A stretch of DNA of 20,000 nucleotides from an uncultured virus (IMG/VR IMGVR_UViG_3300027782_000042) (taxonomy: Duplodnaviria > Heunggongvirae > Uroviricota > Caudoviricetes), in the IMG/VR virus record IMGVR_UViG_3300027782_000042; one strand, given 5' to 3'. The position numbers were made by a program, and so were the translations under genes. Numbering within the stretch: the stretch's first letter is position 1; the number at the start of each line of letters is the position of its first letter. The notes below the pieces were generated by a model that was not told the DNA's origin, ran no database searches, and saw nothing but the letters and a program-made list of their open reading frames with translations. Below are positions 7,862-16,873 of this stretch, in pieces.

Positions 7862-10717
7862 ATGGCGGGACAAAATATTAATCAATATGTGTTTCAAAAA
7901 TATAAAATAAACACCGTTAATGAGTCAATGGATATGTCATTGTCGTCAGATGAAAGAGATTATAACGAGGAAGTTATTTTTTCTCCATACCTTATTGCGG
8001 AAACCTACGGTAATAAATTACCAATTAATATTGATATTAATAATCCATTAACATCTCAAGGATTAATATTAAATTATAAAAATTTTAATTCTAATAATGT
8101 TTTTGTTTCTCAAAATTACTATAACCCAAACAATGAAGATCTAACTTGTTTTTCATCATCAACATTATGTGATGTAGGTTTAACAGGTATAGATAATGGT
8201 TTGGTTGATAAAATGACGGGGGAGACCTTAAATTATACAAAAGGATTATATAATGATTTTTTAAAATTTGACAGATTACATTTTGATAGAAGAATTAAAT
8301 TATTCCAAGTAACGGGATACACCCAAAGTAATAATAAATTTTCAGGAATTACAAAAGACACTCTTTATGAGGTTGTAAGTAAAAACGATCCTCAGTTTGG
8401 TAAGTACCATGAATTGTACGGTGGTTTCTACCAAGGATTTTACAAACTATTTGGATTTGATTATGAGGTTTTACCTGAAAGATCTTCTAAAGGTTGGTCG
8501 GTAGAAATGTTATTAAGACCTAGATTTGTTAATGAATACAATCCATTACCTACTGAAACAACTCTTAATGAGATGTACCCAAAAAATAAAAATACGTTTT
8601 TTTATTTTGGTACAAGAGCCGAAAATAAATTTTACCATCATGCCGATGGACACCCAAATTGTTTAACTGGTTATACAAGAGTTACTAATTCATTAAGTGG
8701 TTGTCCGTCAACATGTGCTTGTTGTGATAGAACAGTTACGGATAGTAGATGTGTTTATGTTTACCCACCAAGATCTTATAATAACCAACATGATCCACAT
8801 TTAAATTATGGATGTCCACTTTGTGGTGGAGACAAAAAAATCTCACTAACATGTGGTTGTGGTTGTAATGAAAGTTCATGTGAAACTTGTGGGTGGGAAT
8901 GCCAAATACATAATTGTGAAACAGTAATTTTACCAACACCTACCCCGTCACCAACACCAACACCAACTCCATCATGTGAAACACAAACACCGGTATGTAC
9001 ACCAACCTGTACTAAATGTGAAACGTGCGATGAGTGTACAACTTGTGGACCAACGGGTTTTACTTCTATTGAGTACACATGTGAGACCGATCCATTGTTT
9101 GATGTTATGTCAAATAACATATCGTTTAAACTTTGTGGTGATGTAAAAAACCCACAGATTGGTGTAAAGGTATTAAGGTTTACTGGTGGTTGTGAAACAA
9201 CGGGAACTTGTGTAACGGGTAAAACATATGTTACAGGATATACTATTGATGAATATTGTTCACCACCAATTTATCCTTATTGTGAAATTGTTAACCCTGA
9301 TTTCTTAAATGAAGAGCATTGGTTTTTAGTTAATGTAACTTGGGAAAGATATTCATGGTTTGATTTCTGTGATTTAAAATTTTATGGAGGTTTGTTTGAC
9401 ATTACTAAATTTGAATACTTGGAATCCTTGGCAAACAACAGTGTTGAATTAATAAGGCCTCCTTTAACCCATAACAATAAAAGCGGAGAATTAATAGAAT
9501 TAGTTAACTTAAATGAAACTTGGTTAGATGAAAAAAAATATAGATTAGGAAGATTAAAGATTTATGTTAACGGTAAAAAAATATATACAATAGAGGACTT
9601 TGAAGAAGTAATACCAAGAGGTTTGTTTACCGATAAAGAAAAACAAATAGGGGTTCCTTTTAATATCTCTTGGGGTGGTGGAACACAAGGATTACATGAA
9701 AATTTAACTTTTTCATCTTGTTCTGCGTTAACATCAAATTACATACAAGATCCAGAATGTTTACCTAATAATATATTAAGTGGTACTACTTTATCAGGGT
9801 TAAGTACTAACATATTACTTGAACAAAATTTCGGGGGAACTTTTGATGGGGGGATATCTCAATTCAGATTTTATATTGAACCGTTAGAATCTGATGAGAT
9901 CAAACATAATTTTAAATTATTAAAAGATAAATTTATTTTATTTGATCCTGATTGTCCTGATTGTGATACTAAATTTTGTAAGACAAATGATTTAACATAT
10001 CAGATAAATAATGTTGTTACAAGCACAACAACAATAAATTCTTTACCACATAGTTTAGGTAGGGTTTATATTGAGGACAAAAGAGATTTAAATTATCTTA
10101 TAAAAAACAACCAACGAACACTCCAACAAATATCAACACCACCAAAAGTTTTAACTCAAAGGTATTGGGATGCCAATGGGTGGTGGGGAGATCAAGGAAA
10201 CACACCTCAATGTGTTGGGTATTCGTGGTCACATTGGTTAGAAGATGGTCCTATACAACAATCGGGAATACCACCGATAATAAAACCTTTTGATATATAT
10301 AAAAACGCACAAAAATTAGATGAGTGGTATGGTGAAAACTATGACGGAACATCAGTTAGAGGGGCGGTAAAATATCTTAAAAATATTGGTAAAGTAAAAT
10401 CATACTATTGGGCGTTTGATGTACAAACATTGTCTGAAACAATTTTAAAATTAGGTCCTGTGGTTGTTGGGACTAATTGGTATAATGGAATGTTTTATCC
10501 TAATAAAACTGGGTTAATTAAAATTAGTGGACAGATGGTTGGTGGTCATGCCTACTTAATAAATGGTGTTGACACAAAAACAAAACAATTTAGAATAAAA
10601 AACAGTTGGGGTAAATCTTGGGGTAATGGTGGACATGCATTTATTTCGTTTAATGATATGTCAAGGTTAATAAAAGAAAATGGAGAAATCTGTTTGGCAA
10701 TTGAATTAGGAAGTTAA
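7862..10717 (+). CDS. Large virion-like multidomain protein: LamG/concanavalin-like domain with Cys-rich and Pro-Thr insert, plus C-terminal papain-like (C1A) cysteine peptidase
   Basis: LamG-like signatures [32 protein letters not shown]...EIKHNF. Peptidase residues Q778/C784 ([12 protein letters not shown]), H896 (GGHAYLING) and N914 ([10 protein letters not shown]). About 22 Cys in aa 267-395. Confidence 0.8.
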   Translation: MAGQNINQYVFQKYKINTVNESMDMSLSSDERDYNEEVIFSPYLIAETYGNKLPINIDINNPLTSQGLILNYKNFNSNNVFVSQNYYNPNNEDLTCFSSSTLCDVGLTGIDNGLVDKMTGETLNYTKGLYNDFLKFDRLHFDRRIKLFQVTGYTQSNNKFSGITKDTLYEVVSKNDPQFGKYHELYGGFYQGFYKLFGFDYEVLPERSSKGWSVEMLLRPRFVNEYNPLPTETTLNEMYPKNKNTFFYFGTRAENKFYHHADGHPNCLTGYTRVTNSLSGCPSTCACCDRTVTDSRCVYVYPPRSYNNQHDPHLNYGCPLCGGDKKISLTCGCGCNESSCETCGWECQIHNCETVILPTPTPSPTPTPTPSCETQTPVCTPTCTKCETCDECTTCGPTGFTSIEYTCETDPLFDVMSNNISFKLCGDVKNPQIGVKVLRFTGGCETTGTCVTGKTYVTGYTIDEYCSPPIYPYCEIVNPDFLNEEHWFLVNVTWERYSWFDFCDLKFYGGLFDITKFEYLESLANNSVELIRPPLTHNNKSGELIELVNLNETWLDEKKYRLGRLKIYVNGKKIYTIEDFEEVIPRGLFTDKEKQIGVPFNISWGGGTQGLHENLTFSSCSALTSNYIQDPECLPNNILSGTTLSGLSTNILLEQNFGGTFDGGISQFRFYIEPLESDEIKHNFKLLKDKFILFDPDCPDCDTKFCKTNDLTYQINNVVTSTTTINSLPHSLGRVYIEDKRDLNYLIKNNQRTLQQISTPPKVLTQRYWDANGWWGDQGNTPQCVGYSWSHWLEDGPIQQSGIPPIIKPFDIYKNAQKLDEWYGENYDGTSVRGAVKYLKNIGKVKSYYWAFDVQTLSETILKLGPVVVGTNWYNGMFYPNKTGLIKISGQMVGGHAYLINGVDTKTKQFRIKNSWGKSWGNGGHAFISFNDMSRLIKENGEICLAIELGS

Positions 10718-11463
10718 TGAGTACAAGTATTACAATAGAAAGTATTAATTTTATTGGGGAAAGTGTCACAGTACTTTTCAAACCCGATAACGATTTGGTT
10801 ACAATTAATTTGGGTCCAATAACTCTACCGTTTATATTTTTCCCGGCTTCTTTAAACCCACCAAGAGAAGTATATGGAACATACACAATATTAGTGGATG
10901 GAAGTAAATGTGTTAACATACTTAATGTTCCTAGAGTTACACCAACACCAACACCGACGATTACTCCAACAAGAACTCAAACACCAACACCAACACCTAC
11001 TAACACTCCAACAACGACTTTGGATCCTTGTAAAGTACCAACACCAACACCTACGGTAACGCCAACAATAAGTTTAACTCCAACAATAACACCTACACCA
11101 AGTGCGACTTGTACTAATCCTTGTGGGTGTGGTGACCCAACACCAACACCAACAGTTAAACCACCTAAACCAACACAAACTTGTACAAACCCTTGTGGAT
11201 GTACCCCAACACCTACACCAACAGGAACTAATACCCCAACACCTACACCAACAGGAACTAATACCCCAACACCTACACCAACAGGAACTAATACTCCAAC
11301 ACCTACACCAACAGGAACTAATACTCCAACACCTACACCAACAGGAACTAATACTCCAACACCAACACCTACACCAACAACACCTACATTTATATTTTAT
11401 ATAACCGGTGAAGATGGGAATAGGATACTTTCAGAAATAAGTCAGTACATAATTGCAGAATAA
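10717..11463 (+). CDS. Mucin-like Pro/Thr-rich protein (small N-terminal beta domain, ~150 aa PT tract, short C-terminal motif)
   Basis: TAATG-coupled to the upstream gene. Contains TPTPTP runs, TCTNPCGC x2, [10 protein letters not shown] x5 and a C-terminal [14 protein letters not shown]. Confidence 0.8.
   Translation: MSTSITIESINFIGESVTVLFKPDNDLVTINLGPITLPFIFFPASLNPPREVYGTYTILVDGSKCVNILNVPRVTPTPTPTITPTRTQTPTPTPTNTPTTTLDPCKVPTPTPTVTPTISLTPTITPTPSATCTNPCGCGDPTPTPTVKPPKPTQTCTNPCGCTPTPTPTGTNTPTPTPTGTNTPTPTPTGTNTPTPTPTGTNTPTPTPTGTNTPTPTPTPTTPTFIFYITGEDGNRILSEISQYIIAE
11202..11363 (+). repeat. 30-bp coding tandem repeat (~5.4 copies) encoding [10 protein letters not shown]
   Basis: Unit ac(c/t)ccaacacctacaccaacaggaactaat at 11203, 11233, 11263, 11293, 11323 and partially at 11353. 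The first three copies have ACC, the later ones ACT. Confidence 0.95.
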
Positions 11464-11465
11464 AC

Positions 11466-11473
11466 TATTTATA
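11466..11473 (+). promoter_or_regulatory. TATTTATA putative late promoter motif
   Basis: TATTTATAATTAAAAA, with the core 15 nt before ATG 11489. The 16-mer is identical to the one at 18550. Confidence 0.7.
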
Positions 11474-11488
11474 ATTAAAAAATAAAAA

Positions 11489-13921
11489 ATGTCAGACGTT
11501 AAAATATCTCAATTTCCATATGTGGGTAATACAGGTTATACACCAAATGATTTGTTTGTGTTTGTTAACTATTTGAGCCCAACCGGAACAACAAGTAACA
11601 CAAAAATAGACGACTTTAAAAATTTCATAATAATTGATTCTTATAATTATTTTCTACCATTAAGTGGAGGGAGTGTAACAGGATCAACAACATTTACAAA
11701 TGGATTAACCGCAAACACAATATCCGCAACAACATATCAAAATTTACCTAAAGATATATTTGTTACAGGAGGAACATACACTAATGGGAGTACCACGTTT
11801 ACAAACAATACAGGTGGTACATTTACAATTACAGGGTTTAGTACAACAACACCATTTACAGGTGGTACCGTATCAGGTGCGACTAATTTCACAAATGGAT
11901 TAACCGCAAACACAATATCTGCAACTACGTATCAAAATTTACCGCAAGATATATTTGTTACAGGAGGAACGTACACTAATGGTGAAATACTATTTAAAAA
12001 TAACGCAGGAAATAATTTTACTGTTACAGGACTACCTATTGGAGGTGCTGGAGGAGAAGTTTATTATTTAAATCTATCTCAAACACAAACACCATATCAA
12101 GAATTTTCACCAATAGGAGTTATCTTACCTGAACAAGTAAGTGCGGTAACAATAAATAGTGGTGTGACATCAACAATTGCTTCATTTTTAACTCCTGTTG
12201 GGTATCCAAATACAATAACAATACCTGCAGGGATTTGGAGTTTTTATTTACATTCATATAAGGATGTGGTAAATGCTTCTTTTGATATTTTTTGTGAGGT
12301 TTATGTTAGAACAACAGGAGGCACAGAAACTTTAATAATAACAACAGATGGGGCAGATGTTAAGACTGTCGACCCCGATACTTATTTTGAATTAAGCGAA
12401 GGATATTATAGTGGGTCAACAATCGATGTTACAGATAGAATTTTAGTTAAAGTTTTATCAACAAACACAGGTTCCCAAACTAATACTGTTACATTTTTAA
12501 CCGAAGGTCAACAACATTATTCTTACGGTATAACACCGTTTAGTAATTTTAACGCACTTACTTGTGAAACTTTAAGTGGGTGTACTACTATTGTAGATTT
12601 AGAAAACAATAAGGTTAATAAGAGTGGTGATACTATGACAGGCACATTAAATGTTCCCACAATATCTGCAACAACATATCAAAATTTACCTAAAGATATA
12701 TTTGTTACAGGAGGAACATACACTAATGGGAGTACCACGTTTACAAACAATACAGGTGGTACATTTACAATTACAGGGTTTAGTACAACAACACCATTTA
12801 CAGGTGGTACCGTATCAGGTGCGACTAATTTCACAAATGGATTAACCGCAAACACAATATCGGCAACAACCATAACTGTTAATGGGTCCATAATAGCTAC
12901 AGGAATAACCCAATCAATATTTTCAGGTAATAGTTCTTCAGATTTAGTAAGAATCACACAAACAGGTTCAGGTAGAGCGTTTGTTGTAGAAGATTCGGCA
13001 AACCCTGATTTTACACCATTTCAGATTAATAATCAAGGAAAAGTCGGTGTTGGAGAAAGTTTAATAATATCTAGTTGGTATTCTTCAACAACAGTAAATG
13101 CGTTTTTAGAAATAAACTCAACACTTGACAGTCGTGACTATGGTATTTATCAAGCGGGTCCTGTTGTTAGTTTACCATCTTATGGTGTATTCGCTAATGC
13201 AGCTCAAATTGGTGTTTTTGGTAGTATTGCTAGTGATGGTGGTGGTATTGGTGTTTATGGTCAAACAGGAAATGCTGGTGGTGAATCACAGTCAGGTGAT
13301 TATATAGGAGGAAAGTTTGAATCATTCACATCTGGAGGTAATAGATATTCCTTACAATTACTTGATGGCACAGAAGGTGTTGGTAAAGTTTTAGTGTCGC
13401 AAACATCAGATGGTAAATCCAATTGGAGCTCAAGTTTAACAGGGTTAACAACTGTTGGTACTACATTACTAAAAATTAGTGGTATTACTGTTAACCCAAA
13501 ACAAACAATTGCATTATTTTTTGGTCACGATTCATTGAGTCCTGGAGACACCCAAACCTATTATATTGGTAATGCAATAAATTTAACAGCTCCGATTTCA
13601 GGATCTGATGGTAGAAGAGTTATTATTCCAAAAACAGGAAATATTGTTAGAGTTGATATTTGTCAAAACGTTGGCGGGGTTGTGGCTACTGGGTCAACTG
13701 AGTATAGTACCTTTACAATAAACAACGTAACTCAATCAACTCAATCCACAATAACAACAACATATCTTTATAATACATCAAATGGAAATATTGCATATGA
13801 TTTAGGAACACCATTATCCGTAAATGTTGGGGATAAAATAGAAATAAGGTGGACCACACCTGCTTGGGTAATTAACCCAACCACAGTAAGACAACAAATG
13901 AACGTTTATTTAGAATATTAA
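11489..13921 (+). CDS. Tail fibre/appendage-like structural protein with 65-aa Thr/Gly-rich repeats
   Basis: N-terminal DVKISQFP. Fibre-type motifs FLPLSGGSVTG and KVNKSGDTMTGTL. Repeated ANTISATTYQNLP.DIFVTGGTY. LQLLDGTEGVGKVLVS..DGKSNW motif of the kind seen in Bacteroidota/phage fibres. Beta-rich C-terminal domain. Confidence 0.75.
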   Translation: MSDVKISQFPYVGNTGYTPNDLFVFVNYLSPTGTTSNTKIDDFKNFIIIDSYNYFLPLSGGSVTGSTTFTNGLTANTISATTYQNLPKDIFVTGGTYTNGSTTFTNNTGGTFTITGFSTTTPFTGGTVSGATNFTNGLTANTISATTYQNLPQDIFVTGGTYTNGEILFKNNAGNNFTVTGLPIGGAGGEVYYLNLSQTQTPYQEFSPIGVILPEQVSAVTINSGVTSTIASFLTPVGYPNTITIPAGIWSFYLHSYKDVVNASFDIFCEVYVRTTGGTETLIITTDGADVKTVDPDTYFELSEGYYSGSTIDVTDRILVKVLSTNTGSQTNTVTFLTEGQQHYSYGITPFSNFNALTCETLSGCTTIVDLENNKVNKSGDTMTGTLNVPTISATTYQNLPKDIFVTGGTYTNGSTTFTNNTGGTFTITGFSTTTPFTGGTVSGATNFTNGLTANTISATTITVNGSIIATGITQSIFSGNSSSDLVRITQTGSGRAFVVEDSANPDFTPFQINNQGKVGVGESLIISSWYSSTTVNAFLEINSTLDSRDYGIYQAGPVVSLPSYGVFANAAQIGVFGSIASDGGGIGVYGQTGNAGGESQSGDYIGGKFESFTSGGNRYSLQLLDGTEGVGKVLVSQTSDGKSNWSSSLTGLTTVGTTLLKISGITVNPKQTIALFFGHDSLSPGDTQTYYIGNAINLTAPISGSDGRRVIIPKTGNIVRVDICQNVGGVVATGSTEYSTFTINNVTQSTQSTITTTYLYNTSNGNIAYDLGTPLSVNVGDKIEIRWTTPAWVINPTTVRQQMNVYLEY
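11726..12861 (+). repeat. 194-bp perfect direct repeat (11726-11919 = 12668-12861; offset 942 bp, in frame), plus a diverged partial tandem copy at period 195 bp
   Basis: Base-by-base comparison shows identity from gcaacaacatatcaa to aacacaatatc. About 11695-11787 versus 11890-11982 differ mostly at synonymous sites. Confidence 0.93.
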
Positions 13922-13923
13922 TT

Positions 13924-14094
13924 ATGGAAAAAGGAACTTATATTATTGAAACCTACACAGTAAATCACCCAACTGAAGGTGATATGACAAAACAACAAAT
14001 TATTTATTACAATCAAAGAGATGAAATTGTTACTCTCGAGTTTTATGATGGATATATAAGACCTGGATACACACTTAAAAATATTTCAGAGTAA
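13924..14094 (+). CDS. Small protein (56 aa), possible fibre-assembly chaperone
   Basis: Below the ORF-track cutoff: MEKGTYIIETYTVNHPTEGDMTKQQIIYYNQRDEIVTLEFYDGYIRPGYTLKNISE. It starts 2 nt after the fibre stop and fills the gap to the next gene. Confidence 0.7.
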   Translation: MEKGTYIIETYTVNHPTEGDMTKQQIIYYNQRDEIVTLEFYDGYIRPGYTLKNISE

Positions 14095-14102
14095 ACAATA
14101 TA

Positions 14103-14570
14103 ATGCCAAACGATATTACAATAACAAATATTACAGGAACATCACCATATGATTTATATGTTTGTGATGTTACAAACACTTTGTGTATTTTTATATCAGG
14201 GTTAACGTCTGTTCCTCCAAGTTACACATTTATTGTTCCTCCACCATTAAACACTTCAGGTTCTTTATTAATTAAAATTATAGATGGAGATGGTTGTGAG
14301 AGATTTGAATATTACTCATGTGTAAGTCCCACGCCAACACCAACACCCACACCAACCCCAAGTCCTTTACCAATATGTTATTGTACTGAGGCCATTGCAT
14401 TAACCGATGCCGATGGTACTTTAGATTTTGTGGATTGCCTTGGTATCGTTAATACATCAGTCCCGATAAGCCATACATCACCATCATATTTCTGTGCGTC
14501 TGTTGTAACAAATTTATCTAATGTTAATATTGTTACCGGACCACCTTGTGTTTCCAATCTTTGTGTTTAA
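14103..14570 (+). CDS. Small Cys-containing two-domain protein with a Pro-Thr linker (probable virion protein)
   Basis: N domain ITITNITGTSPYDLYVCD...IKIIDGDGC, linker [14 protein letters not shown] (14325-14366), Cys-rich C domain. Confidence 0.75.
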   Translation: MPNDITITNITGTSPYDLYVCDVTNTLCIFISGLTSVPPSYTFIVPPPLNTSGSLLIKIIDGDGCERFEYYSCVSPTPTPTPTPTPSPLPICYCTEAIALTDADGTLDFVDCLGIVNTSVPISHTSPSYFCASVVTNLSNVNIVTGPPCVSNLCV

Positions 14571-14617
14571 ATTATTTATTTTAGTTCATTTGTTTATTAT
14601 TTTTTTAAAAAAAAGTA

Positions 14618-15865
14618 ATGAAAATTTTTATACAAATTGCGTCTTATAGGGACCCACAATTAATACCAACAATCAAAAATTGTGTAGACAACTCAAAAAA
14701 TCCACAGAATTTAGTTTTTTCAATTGCAAGACAATTTAATCCTGAGGATAAGTTTGATGATCTCTCAGAATTTGAGTCTGATAAAAGATTTAAAATTCTA
14801 AACATTCCTTATCAAGAATCAAAAGGAGTTTGTTGGGCAAGAAATTTAACTCAACAACAATATGATGGTGAAGAGTATACTTTACAGATAGATTCCCATA
14901 TGCGTTTTGAAAAAGATTGGGACCAAACTTTAATTGACATGATTAAAGATTTACAAACCAAAGGTTATAAAAAACCATTATTAACTGGATATGTGTCGTC
15001 CTTTGATCCTGACAATGACCCTCAAGGTAGAGTTTTAGATCCGTGGAGAATGACGTTTGACCGATTTACACCTGAAGGTTGTGTTTTCTTTTTACCCGAA
15101 GTGATTCCTAATTGGAAAGACCTAACGGGACCAATACCATCAAGATTTTACTCGGCACACTTTTGTTTCACATTAGGAGAATTTTCAAAAGAAGTTCAAC
15201 ACGATCCCGAATATTATTTTCACGGAGAAGAAATCTCAATTGCCGTAAGGGCCTATACTCATGGATATGATTTATTTCATCCACATAAAATTGTTATTTG
15301 GCATGAGTACACAAGAAAAGGTAGAACAAAACAATGGGACGACGATAAAGAATGGTATAAGAAAAATGAATCATCACATTCTAAAAATAGAAAACTTTTA
15401 GGTGTTGATGGGGAAATATTAAACGAGGAGATTGGAATCTATGGGATGGGAACAGGACGTACCGTTACAGATTACGAAAAATACTCAGGTATACTATTTT
15501 CAAAAAGAGCGGTACAACAATATACAATAGATAAGAAATATCCGCCAAATCCATACGATTATAAGAACGAGGAAGAATGGATTAATAGTTTTTCAATGAT
15601 CTTTAAACATTGTATTGATGTTTCATTTAACGATGTTTCAGAAAATGATTATGAGTTTTGGGTTGTTGCATTTCACAATGAAAAAGATGAAACACTCTTT
15701 AGAAAAGATGCGGACACAGGAGAAATTCTTAGGATGAAACAAGATCCTGACGGATATTGTAAAGTATGGAGAGAGTTTAACACAACAGAGAAACCAAAGT
15801 ACTGGGTTGTTTGGCCGTACTCAAAATCAAAAGGATGGTGTAATAGATTAACGGGAAATTTATAA
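14618..15865 (+). CDS. GT60-like polypeptide GlcNAc-transferase (Pfam GlcNAc; Gnt1/Gnt2-like) with extra Trp-rich C-terminal domain
   Basis: IFIQIASYRDPQL..TI, ESKGVCWARNL.QQ.YDGEEYTLQIDSHMRF.KDWD (DSH metal-binding motif at aa 92-94), AHFCF, DP.YYFHGEEISIAVRAYTHGYDLFHP, VIWHEY.R. Confidence 0.85.
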   Translation: MKIFIQIASYRDPQLIPTIKNCVDNSKNPQNLVFSIARQFNPEDKFDDLSEFESDKRFKILNIPYQESKGVCWARNLTQQQYDGEEYTLQIDSHMRFEKDWDQTLIDMIKDLQTKGYKKPLLTGYVSSFDPDNDPQGRVLDPWRMTFDRFTPEGCVFFLPEVIPNWKDLTGPIPSRFYSAHFCFTLGEFSKEVQHDPEYYFHGEEISIAVRAYTHGYDLFHPHKIVIWHEYTRKGRTKQWDDDKEWYKKNESSHSKNRKLLGVDGEILNEEIGIYGMGTGRTVTDYEKYSGILFSKRAVQQYTIDKKYPPNPYDYKNEEEWINSFSMIFKHCIDVSFNDVSENDYEFWVVAFHNEKDETLFRKDADTGEILRMKQDPDGYCKVWREFNTTEKPKYWVVWPYSKSKGWCNRLTGNL

Positions 15866-15868
15866 ATT

Positions 15869-16873
15869 GTGAATTTAGAAATTAGACACGAATTTAGGGA
15901 CATTAGATTTGGTAATGATGAATTTTATGTGACAAGTTTTTTTAAAAAATTTTACGAAAAACTTAAAACAAAATACCCTAATCACAATTTTACGGTTAAC
16001 AATAAAAAAGAATACGAAAAATATGGTCAAGGAGGAATTCATAGTTGTATGAATTTTTCAATTATAAATCCGTTAAACAAAAATTATATACTAATTTCTT
16101 TTTTTGATAATTGGAAATATCATTTCATGTCTCACTTAGGGTGGGAAGCGAACAAAATGAAACAATTTTTTTACCCTGGAGGGTTTAATTTTTTAGACTA
16201 TTTTAATTTTAAAGAAATCTCTAAAACTAACAGAGATTTAATATTCCCAAAAAACATAGATTCAATTTATAATTCATTTTATTACGGACCTTATTTTGAT
16301 TCTTGTTATGATGAAATGAAAGTTTTATATAATAACAAATCAAATATAGAAAAAAGTGATAAATTATATTTTAGAGGATGGTTATGGGATTTTAGAAAAG
16401 AAATGGTTAAAAACATTAATAGAGAAGATGTTTTAATAATTGATAAAAATGAGAACAATCAAAATTTAAATTATAATACTTATTTAAACGAAACTTCACA
16501 ATACGCCGCAGCACTAAGTTTACCTGGTGGTAATGAAATGTGTAATAGGGATATTGAATGTTTTGGTATTGGTGTTCCTGTTATAAGACCTACATTGAAT
16601 ATTGAATATAATGATCCATTGATACCTAACTATCATTACATTAGTTGTTATCATTTTTGTGATTATAGTGATGGGGGACACCCAAAATATTTATCTTATG
16701 AAGATTTTAAAAAAAATTTATTAATAACATGGGATAAAGTAAAAAATAATAAAGAATATTTAAATTTTGTTTCTACTAATGCAAGGTCTTGGTTTGAAAG
16801 AAATTGTACTGTGGAAAACAACATTAATCATATTTTAGATAAACTTAATTTAGAAAAATTATTAGAGGAATGA
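15869..16873 (+). CDS. GT-B glycosyltransferase, GT90/CAP10-like (GT47-like alternative)
   Basis: GTG start. KLYFRG, Y..YLNE...Y...LSLPGG.EMCNRDIECFGIGVPVIRP, PLIPNYHYI, FVSTNARSWFE match GT90-type C-terminal motifs. Confidence 0.65.
   Translation: MNLEIRHEFRDIRFGNDEFYVTSFFKKFYEKLKTKYPNHNFTVNNKKEYEKYGQGGIHSCMNFSIINPLNKNYILISFFDNWKYHFMSHLGWEANKMKQFFYPGGFNFLDYFNFKEISKTNRDLIFPKNIDSIYNSFYYGPYFDSCYDEMKVLYNNKSNIEKSDKLYFRGWLWDFRKEMVKNINREDVLIIDKNENNQNLNYNTYLNETSQYAAALSLPGGNEMCNRDIECFGIGVPVIRPTLNIEYNDPLIPNYHYISCYHFCDYSDGGHPKYLSYEDFKKNLLITWDKVKNNKEYLNFVSTNARSWFERNCTVENNINHILDKLNLEKLLEE

Noticed and set aside
8736..9120. Minus-strand ORFs of 67 and 104 aa (GVGVG)
   Set aside because: These are antisense shadows of the Cys/PT region of the 951-aa gene.
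11202..11363. CRISPR array
   Set aside because: The 30-bp units are directly adjacent with no unique spacers and encode an in-frame peptide repeat.
11102..11404. 100-aa His/Gln-rich ORF (QHLHQQELI repeats)
   Set aside because: It is an alternate-frame shadow of the PT repeat in the 248-aa gene.
11695..12861. Diversity-generating retroelement TR/VR pair
   Set aside because: The long copies are identical. Mismatches in the diverged copy include non-adenine positions and are mostly synonymous. The repeats are mid-gene and there is no reverse transcriptase in the window.
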